A DNA stretch of 64,000 nucleotides from a virus (taxonomy: Duplodnaviria > Caudoviricetes). This document shows, in pieces, positions 57,632-64,000 of this stretch. A program made the translations under genes and the position numbers. The stretch is taken from the IMG/VR virus record IMGVR_UViG_3300033121_001345, positions 4,825 to 68,824 of that record; one strand, given 5' to 3'. A model generated the notes under the pieces. The model ran no database searches, was not told where the DNA came from, and saw nothing but the letters and a program-made list of their open reading frames with translations. The first letter of the stretch is position 1. Every line of letters begins with the position of its first letter.

Positions 57632-58267
57632 ATGAACAATTACACTGCAAATGCAAACCAAAGTAAACCTTACGTTCCAGAAGGATTTACTCAGATTCAG
57701 GGAGAAAATCCTTCAACAGGTGAAAGGTCGCCAAGATTAAAAATTGAACCAGGTCAGTCATTTCTTGGTGTTATCTTGCGAAGACAGCTTAACAAACAGT
57801 CAAAGTTCGGTGTGTCTGACCTGTATTGGTTAAAACCTGTTGTTGACTACAAGCCAGAAGCTGGAATCTGTGTCTACGGAGAAACTGACGTATTCTTCGG
57901 AATTGACTCCCAAATGTTACGAGAAAGATTATCAGGTATTCCAGATAATTCACTTGTTTGTATCGTTAACAGCGGTAAGCCAAATGGAAAGAATTATTTT
58001 AAGTGGGAAGTGTTTGTTGACACAAGATACAAACCAGTAGCGGCTACAACATCTGCGATTCCACAGGCTCATCATTTTGCACAACCACAGTACAACCAGC
58101 CTGCACAGTACAGCCAACCTGTTGTTCAGCAAACAGGACAGGTTATGCAGAATCCAAATATAATGAGTGGTATGCAACAAGCTGTCAATCCAGTGCAAAA
58201 TGCTACTCAGTACGGAGCAAATGAATATTCAATTCCATCTTCTCAGGAGGATGATTTACCATTCTAA
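57632..58267 (+). CDS. Single-stranded DNA-binding protein-like
   Basis: OB-like N-terminal part, Q-rich linker, acidic tip DDLPF. Confidence 0.7.
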   Translation: MNNYTANANQSKPYVPEGFTQIQGENPSTGERSPRLKIEPGQSFLGVILRRQLNKQSKFGVSDLYWLKPVVDYKPEAGICVYGETDVFFGIDSQMLRERLSGIPDNSLVCIVNSGKPNGKNYFKWEVFVDTRYKPVAATTSAIPQAHHFAQPQYNQPAQYSQPVVQQTGQVMQNPNIMSGMQQAVNPVQNATQYGANEYSIPSSQEDDLPF

Positions 58268-58278
58268 AAACCAATCAG

Positions 58279-59055
58279 ATGATACTAACAGATGTAAAAA
58301 GTTTGCTTGGTGACTTTGATAGTAAGTATAAGGGAGCTCAGCCAACTATGCTGAGACTCCCTTTATTTTATTCAGAGGTTGAAAGCAAAGAGTACTTTAA
58401 AAGAGTAACTAATATATTTGACTTTTTCATTAGTAATGGAAAAGCAAATGCAAGTGATAAACCTGATTTTATTAATCACTTTTGTGATTTTACAGAAATA
58501 GAAGAATTCTGCGAAAAGAATCCTAACCTTGAGTTTGATGATATTCTTATTAACTCAAGAAAAGAATTCGGAACAGGAGAAACATTAGGAACATCTTGGA
58601 TAAACCATGAGTTTCTTGGGAATCAAATAGGAAATCTTATAAACGGTATTATACTTGGTATAAACAGTTTCCATATGATTTACGAGGGATACTTTGGAGA
58701 TTCAATCTGTGTTAATGTTGATAAGAATAAAACTACTCAGGTGTGCGACTATACTTTTGTTTATATAGATGACAAGTATATAAACATGAATCTTTCGCTA
58801 CACAATCCTGATGTTGAAGATATTATATTTCAGCATACACTTCGTCATCTACTTGCTAAGTTTATCCAATCATCTCCAAAGATGAGAAACCTTCAGATAG
58901 GACACATAAATATCTTTATTAATAATTTAGACACTAATACTCCTTATAATCCTTTGTCTATGGAAAGAATAGAACTATTTGTTCCATATAATATAGATTA
59001 TCCTGGAGAGTATTATTTTGGTGAAAAAGTAAATCTCTCAGAATGCCTAAAATAG
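58279..59055 (+). CDS. Hypothetical protein (258 aa)
   Basis: ORF track. Confidence 0.65.
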   Translation: MILTDVKSLLGDFDSKYKGAQPTMLRLPLFYSEVESKEYFKRVTNIFDFFISNGKANASDKPDFINHFCDFTEIEEFCEKNPNLEFDDILINSRKEFGTGETLGTSWINHEFLGNQIGNLINGIILGINSFHMIYEGYFGDSICVNVDKNKTTQVCDYTFVYIDDKYINMNLSLHNPDVEDIIFQHTLRHLLAKFIQSSPKMRNLQIGHINIFINNLDTNTPYNPLSMERIELFVPYNIDYPGEYYFGEKVNLSECLK

Positions 59056-59666
59056 TTCCATACTCAATATATAATGTAGTTGACAAAAGAGAAAACACTT
59101 GCATCTTGTTTGCAATTTCTAATCTTTTTAATTACAATATTACTAAAGCTATGATAGATGAGGAAGCATTTCTTAATGCTGGAAACTTCATAGAGAATAC
59201 TGTTCTAAGAGAGATAGGAATCGGTGTTTATACAGAGTCAATATGTAGAGACACATCTGTTTCTGTAGAAAACGGAGACATTGTACAAGACGATAGCTTT
59301 ATTAATAAAGAAAAAGTTGTTGCAATACTGTATAATGAAGATATTAGAGAATACGACGGTGCTTACTTTTTAGGTGTAATAATAAGAAAAGATAACGAAT
59401 CTAAAGAGATAACACAGGATACATTCGTAATGCACAGAATACTTGTGGTTATTTATAATGGAACATGCTATCTTGTTGATTCTAATATGATGTATATTGT
59501 TGAGTGTAATAAAGAAACATTGTCTGATACAATAAGGGCTAATTATTTCGGAGTATGCGACATATCTGTTATTTGTCATTCAGGCTCATATAAAAGAATA
59601 AATGCATCACCTAAAGAATTTGGACATATTATAAATGGAAAAGATTTAGATGTTATACTTAATTAG
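59043..59666 (+). CDS. Putative papain-fold (C39-like) cysteine peptidase
   Basis: Cys at helix start (ENTCILFAISNL), His-strand-Asp (MHRILVVIYNGTCYLVDSN). Confidence 0.45.
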   Translation: MPKIVPYSIYNVVDKRENTCILFAISNLFNYNITKAMIDEEAFLNAGNFIENTVLREIGIGVYTESICRDTSVSVENGDIVQDDSFINKEKVVAILYNEDIREYDGAYFLGVIIRKDNESKEITQDTFVMHRILVVIYNGTCYLVDSNMMYIVECNKETLSDTIRANYFGVCDISVICHSGSYKRINASPKEFGHIINGKDLDVILN

Positions 59667-59821
59667 CATCGTTTAAAATGCGTTTTAAACGGTTATTTTT
59701 TCAATCCAATACAAACATACAATAACAATATAAACGTTAAAATTTAACATATTTACACACGTTTTACGGCATATTTTTACAAACAATACTACCATTTAAT
59801 TATAATAATATCAGTATAGCA

Positions 59822-60127
59822 ATGAGAGTGGGAAGCATAGTTGAAACAGTTGGAAGTTTTGAACATGTAAGAAAGATATGGAGTTTTCCTTATCCAAAGA
59901 GTGGAGATGTACTAACAGTGTTATCAATAACAGAGCATCCTTCTAAAGAAATAAGGGAGAAAGGGATTATGTTACTTTACTTTGAGGAGTTGCCTCCAAG
60001 TATGCCTGGACTTTGCGATAAGCAAATAAGTGGAAAGCCTAACTTCATAGAGTTATTGTTACCAGATGATATAAATGAATTACTAAAAGAGCCTATTCTA
60101 AATAAAACAGATATTCTTAATGGTTAA
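59822..60127 (+). CDS. Hypothetical protein (101 aa)
   Basis: ORF track. Confidence 0.6.
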   Translation: MRVGSIVETVGSFEHVRKIWSFPYPKSGDVLTVLSITEHPSKEIREKGIMLLYFEELPPSMPGLCDKQISGKPNFIELLLPDDINELLKEPILNKTDILNG

Positions 60128-60205
60128 AGAATCGCTAATGTGTTTATAATAAATACTTGGATAATTTATACTATTTTAGTATATTTGTTTTTAAACTTTT
60201 ACAAG

Positions 60206-60538
60206 ATGGCTTTAGAAATAACAAACAATGACTATACAATAGTAATTACAGATTCAGAAACAGATTTATCTGATTATATTGTTAAAGCTCAAATAGTTAA
60301 GATTTCACCTACAATGATGAACAGTCTCCATCTTGGTGGAAGAGTTGGTAGTCAAGCATATAACAGAGCAAAGATTACACTTACTCTTTCAACAGGTGAA
60401 AAGATTGATATTTATCTTGGTAACGAAGGTTCTGAAAATAATGTTTCAAACCAAAGCAACTGGACAAACGACTTAGATGGTCTTGCAACTGCGGCATCTG
60501 ATATTGAAGGTTGGCTTGCACCTCCTACTCCAGCATAA
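60206..60538 (+). CDS. Small structural-type protein
   Basis: In-frame ATG in track ORF 60140-60538 (MALEITNN...). Confidence 0.55.
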   Translation: MALEITNNDYTIVITDSETDLSDYIVKAQIVKISPTMMNSLHLGGRVGSQAYNRAKITLTLSTGEKIDIYLGNEGSENNVSNQSNWTNDLDGLATAASDIEGWLAPPTPA

Positions 60539-60563
60539 TTAACTAATACTAAATAATAACAAC

Positions 60564-60872
60564 ATGGCACTTACAGTAACAAAATCAGCTGATGTCGTAA
60601 GCCAAGCTTATACATCACCAACAGAAACTCTGCTTGTTGCAGAAAAAAATATTAAAACAGCATGTAATACTTTTAGGTTAGCTGGAAGGTTCACAGGAAC
60701 AACTTCGGCTGGAATAAAAAATGTTGTTTCAGTATCATATGTAAATAAACAAGGAAGACTTGTTTGTCCAGCAGAAAGCTTTGCAGCACCAACATTTAAA
60801 GATACTGGAGTTGTTACAGTTGCGAGTTTAGCATCAGGTGCATCTGCATTAAACGTAATCTTAACATCTTAA
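60564..60872 (+). CDS. Small structural-type protein (102 aa)
   Basis: Ala/Thr/Ser-rich beta-type sequence. Confidence 0.55.
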   Translation: MALTVTKSADVVSQAYTSPTETLLVAEKNIKTACNTFRLAGRFTGTTSAGIKNVVSVSYVNKQGRLVCPAESFAAPTFKDTGVVTVASLASGASALNVILTS

Positions 60873-60881
60873 AATATTACA

Positions 60882-61139
60882 ATGGCTGAAGTTTATAAAT
60901 GCAATCCAAGAATCAATCCAGCAGTTAATGGAATCATACTTAACTGGGATGAATACGCAGTAAGTAAAAATACCTATGATAACAGGGTTTATATAGGTAA
61001 CAACAGCAAGGTTTTTACAACAGCACAAGCTGTTGATGCTGTAACAGAAATGCTTCAAATAGAAGCTGAAGGCTCTACATACGCAGTAAAAGCGGCTACA
61101 ATGCCTAAAGGTGAACTGGGTGATAGTCCTATGAATTAG
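60882..61139 (+). CDS. Small structural-type protein (85 aa)
   Basis: ORF track. Confidence 0.55.
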   Translation: MAEVYKCNPRINPAVNGIILNWDEYAVSKNTYDNRVYIGNNSKVFTTAQAVDAVTEMLQIEAEGSTYAVKAATMPKGELGDSPMN

Positions 61140-61163
61140 TTTTACAGAAGTTTGTTTTAAAAG

Positions 61164-61192
61164 AAAAGGCTACCAAATGGTAGCCTTTTTTA
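61164..61192. terminator. Bidirectional terminator at the convergence of the two arms
   Basis: AAAAGGCTACC-AAAT-GGTAGCCTTTTTT. Confidence 0.9.
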
Positions 61193-61209
61193 ATGAAGTT
61201 AGTTACTGC

Positions 61210-61557
61210 TTATTCATAAGCAACACTGTTTGCACCTGCAACATACGCATCGTAAGCCTCATCAGCTGATTTGTAGTTCGCTGGAATTGTAGAAGGAATC
61301 GTAGGTGTCGCAGTTCCATCTACATAGTTAGGATTAGCTTTTTTACTGCATGCAGCAACTGTTGTCCAGTTCCATCCAGCCTGGTCATCAACACCCTGAC
61401 TTGCGTTTTGGTTAAGGATAACAAATGCAACAGGAACAAGAGGGTGTCCGTTTGCAGTGTCAACGATTTTGAATACTCCTGGAAACACAGCTGGTTTCTT
61501 CAGGACGTAAACAGGTGTAGCTTGAAATGCTACGCTAAGAATAAATGTTTTTTTCAT
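61210..61557 (-). CDS. Hypothetical late protein carrying the shared N-terminal leader
   Basis: MKKTFILSVAFQAT... Confidence 0.6.
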   Translation of the reverse strand: MKKTFILSVAFQATPVYVLKKPAVFPGVFKIVDTANGHPLVPVAFVILNQNASQGVDDQAGWNWTTVAACSKKANPNYVDGTATPTIPSTIPANYKSADEAYDAYVAGANSVAYE

Positions 61558-61587
61558 TTTGAATCAGTTTTTATTTGTTAAGAAAGA

Positions 61588-62049
61588 TTATTTATACTTT
61601 AATGCTATGAATGTTATAGCTAATATCCCAAGTGATACGGTTATAGTTGAAGTAACTATTATAAATGTATTCTTTTTAGACATTATTATTCCTTTGAGTT
61701 TTTCGTTTGATGTTTTTAACGCATCAATCTGTTCGTTTTTAAGAGACAATGACTTGTTATTTTTCCTGTCAATATCAGAAACAACTTTTAATAACGAGTT
61801 TGATATTGAAAAGATAGAATCTTCAAGTGACTTTGAATACGCTTTGTAGATACTTAATTCGTTTTCTATTTGATTACACCTTACAAGTCGAATATTTTGT
61901 TTAATAACTTGTTCGTTAGAGAACATTATTCCAATCCTACCTTTAAATATAGCTTTGCAAGGAAACAAAGAATCAGTAGTTGTTGAGTCGTTTGCTGATA
62001 GCGATTGTGCTATCATAAACAGTATTACTAACGTAAATAATTTCTTCAT
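61588..62049 (-). CDS. Spanin-like membrane protein (signal peptide + coiled coil + C-terminal TM)
   Basis: MKKLFTLVILFMIAQSLSA; C-terminal hydrophobic stretch; overlaps the upstream gene. Confidence 0.45.
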   Translation of the reverse strand: MKKLFTLVILFMIAQSLSANDSTTTDSLFPCKAIFKGRIGIMFSNEQVIKQNIRLVRCNQIENELSIYKAYSKSLEDSIFSISNSLLKVVSDIDRKNNKSLSLKNEQIDALKTSNEKLKGIIMSKKNTFIIVTSTITVSLGILAITFIALKYK

Positions 62050-62353
62050 TGTATTTTTTATTTGAAACAGATATACTAATGTCTCTTTTTCTTTTTTCAA
62101 TGCGAATTTTAGTGACTAAAGATGCTATAATAGAATCTCTTGTATTAATAAGATTTTTTGTAGAATCCTGAATAAGATTAAATTCTTTTATTATTGAATC
62201 CTCTTTTCTTTTATACTCTCTTTGTATTTTTCTTATCAATATTTTATCTTTTATTCCTGTTGATAAATCAATCGCAGAAGATACAATAAAGAGTAGTATT
62301 GTTGCAAACACTAATATTGCAAGCCCTGTTAATATTTTTTCGTGCTTTCCCAT
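61973..62353 (-). CDS. i-spanin-like protein (N-terminal TM + coiled coil)
   Basis: Directly after the endolysin; TM LAILVFATILLFIVSSAI. Confidence 0.5.
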   Translation of the reverse strand: MGKHEKILTGLAILVFATILLFIVSSAIDLSTGIKDKILIRKIQREYKRKEDSIIKEFNLIQDSTKNLINTRDSIIASLVTKIRIEKRKRDISISVSNKKYNEEIIYVSNTVYDSTIAISKRLNNY

Positions 62354-62362
62354 AAGTAAGTT

Positions 62363-62734
62363 TTACCATCTTGCTTTAACACCCCTAACATCATAGTGAA
62401 CAAATCCAGGATATAGTCCAAGACCACCCTGTTTCATTTTCTTTTCTGCAATAAGTTTTTCAATAATTGCATGAAGTTGCTTTGGTGTTTTACTTTTACA
62501 TGTTATATCAGAAGCCATAGCTTTTTGATGGTAGGAGTTCTTTTTTCCTCCTACTTTCTTATTATATGCCTCTGTTCTGTATCCAGAGTTAACATGTATG
62601 GATTCTCCGAGAAAATCCCTTAAAACCTGAAGGTTGGTTGCAAGAACCTTCAGGTTTGGGATGAGTTCGTCTGGTACGCTTGTACCATCGTGACAGTTAA
62701 ACTCATTGCTATTAAAGTTCTTTGTAAGTTCCAT
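62363..62734 (-). CDS. Endolysin, peptidase M15A family
   Basis: NSGYRT, SYHQKAMASDI, GLGLYPGFVHYDVRG..ARW. Confidence 0.9.
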   Translation of the reverse strand: MELTKNFNSNEFNCHDGTSVPDELIPNLKVLATNLQVLRDFLGESIHVNSGYRTEAYNKKVGGKKNSYHQKAMASDITCKSKTPKQLHAIIEKLIAEKKMKQGGLGLYPGFVHYDVRGVKARW

Positions 62735-63282
62735 TATTCTGCTTTTTGTTTCTCTGTATTAAATATATCATCAAGACTTGCATTGTTCTCAAATGAATCA
62801 AGCTTTCTCATTATACCTATAGGTGGAAACTTTCCATTTGTTATAAAGAACATGTTTCTTCCTATTGATGCCGCTGGATACATAAAGATTATTATTTTTC
62901 CAAGTAACTTTACATATGAGTTTATATTAGGATGCTCTTCTGGACTTATACTTAATATCGCCATATTAGCAATCATAATAGCAGCTATACTTATAATTGA
63001 TTTTTCTATTATTCCTATGATAAACTTTTTCTCACTTAGTTTTGAAAGTTTTACCCATTTAAGAATACCAAAGAAAGAATCTAAAAATATAAGCATAAAA
63101 GAAAACGCAAGAAGCTGATGGTCATAAGCAACAACAAGGTTTATATATCCTAATGCGTTTGTTATAAGCCAGACTATTGGACTAATTATAACAGAGAATA
63201 TTGATGTTTCTCCAAAAAAAACAAGTTGTCCTTTTAGACTAACGAGTACGTTAAATGTTTTTTCAGCTATGTATTTCTTCAT
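62734..63282 (-). CDS. Holin-like membrane protein
   Basis: Several TM segments; coupled to the endolysin gene. Confidence 0.7.
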   Translation of the reverse strand: MKKYIAEKTFNVLVSLKGQLVFFGETSIFSVIISPIVWLITNALGYINLVVAYDHQLLAFSFMLIFLDSFFGILKWVKLSKLSEKKFIIGIIEKSIISIAAIMIANMAILSISPEEHPNINSYVKLLGKIIIFMYPAASIGRNMFFITNGKFPPIGIMRKLDSFENNASLDDIFNTEKQKAE

Positions 63283-63288
63283 TTAAGA

Positions 63289-63609
63289 TTAGTTTTTTGT
63301 GTTTCCAAAAAAGATTCTATCGTAAACCTCGAGAAGTTGCTGTTCGCTCATCTTATTCATAAAGAAATTCATGAACTCAATTTTTTTCTCGTTTGTCCAA
63401 GAGTTTACTATTCCCCAGTTTGTTTCGTTACTTTCATCTGTTCCAGAAAGGTCAAAACCCTCTGTTTGAAGTCTCTGTATAAATTCTTCATCGTTAACAA
63501 ACATAGCACTTAAATCTGTGCCTTGTTGTACTTGCAATAATTCACCCATAACAAGTACTGTGTTTCCTGTTTGTGAGATTACTGTTCCGTTTAATGCTAA
63601 TAATTCCAT
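63289..63609 (-). CDS. Hypothetical protein (106 aa)
   Basis: ORF track. Confidence 0.55.
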   Translation of the reverse strand: MELLALNGTVISQTGNTVLVMGELLQVQQGTDLSAMFVNDEEFIQRLQTEGFDLSGTDESNETNWGIVNSWTNEKKIEFMNFFMNKMSEQQLLEVYDRIFFGNTKN

Positions 63610-63626
63610 GTTAGTTATTTTAATTG

Positions 63627-63836
63627 TTAAGAAAATGATTCTATTTTAGGCTCAAACACTATAACATCAAGTGTATTAACCCAAGAAAACTCTACATTTG
63701 TACACTGGTCAACCTCGTTTTCGCTTATAACCCAGTTATCGTTTGCATCTTGTATTGGATTAAAATACATAGAATCTGAAAACTGATGCCCTACAAGCAT
63801 ATTTTTCTGCTCTTCTGTTAGTATTCTTACGTTCAT
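63627..63836 (-). CDS. Small tail-fibre-associated hypothetical protein (69 aa)
   Basis: FNPIQDANDNWVIS..E...C...W pattern; follows a fibre-type gene. Confidence 0.55.
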   Translation of the reverse strand: MNVRILTEEQKNMLVGHQFSDSMYFNPIQDANDNWVISENEVDQCTNVEFSWVNTLDVIVFEPKIESFS

Positions 63837-63847
63837 GCTTTTATCTT

Positions 63848-64000
63848 TTATACTTGTCTTCCAAGCATTGTTTGGTACTCAAGGACTATTTCATTAAGAT
63901 ATAAGCCATCTTGTTGACTTAATCCATCTCCTAAAAAAGCTAATGCTAACTCCCGACTTGAGTAATATCCGGGCGTCCCTGTGGAGTTTCTTGCACCTAT
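63848..64000 (-). CDS. C-terminus of a 5'-truncated tail-fibre/LamG-type protein
   Basis: Open frame IGARNSTGTPGYYSSRELALAFLGDGLSQQDGLYLNEIVLEYQTMLGRQV*. Confidence 0.55.
   Translation of the reverse strand: MGARNSTGTPGYYSSRELALAFLGDGLSQQDGLYLNEIVLEYQTMLGRQV

Noticed and set aside
1-64000. tRNA, tmRNA or rRNA genes
   Set aside because: No T-loop/anticodon cloverleaf or rRNA signature seen by eye; tRNAscan-SE/ARAGORN not run.

Overview
About 64 kb of an AT-rich tailed dsDNA phage genome, probably a podovirus. The host is inferred to be Bacteroidetes from TTG-N19/20-TAnnTTTG promoters. Left arm (minus strand, 1-28.4 kb): terminase large subunit, portal, scaffold, major capsid, tail ring and nozzle-like proteins, ejection-type proteins, and a >2,900-aa polyvalent virion protein that runs off the window and is therefore missing from the ORF track. 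28.4-31.8 kb is a divergence/terminus-like zone with a G/C-tract motif, AT-only DNA, a 107-bp duplicated leader and short tandem arrays. Right arm (plus strand, 29-61 kb): early genes, several followed by long RNA stems; an amidoligase; DNA ligase; Cas4-like exonuclease; SNF2 helicase; primase-helicase; MazG; two methyltransferases; and an SSB. No recognisable DNA polymerase or integrase is present. The lysis module and tail-fibre-associated genes are on the minus strand at 61.2-64 kb. Main discovery: 42,966-46,741 is an integron-like gene-cassette array. It has 8 attC-like hairpin sites plus one half site. In 7 of 8 cassette segments the first 12-17 nt pair with that same segment's last 12-16 nt. 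The sites have non-canonical geometry, and the 131-132 bp sites carry the start codon of the next cassette. Second highlight: six structural-type proteins share an N-terminal [IV][AS][FY][KQ] leader motif. All calls come from reading the sequence and motifs by eye; no database searches or folding programs were run.
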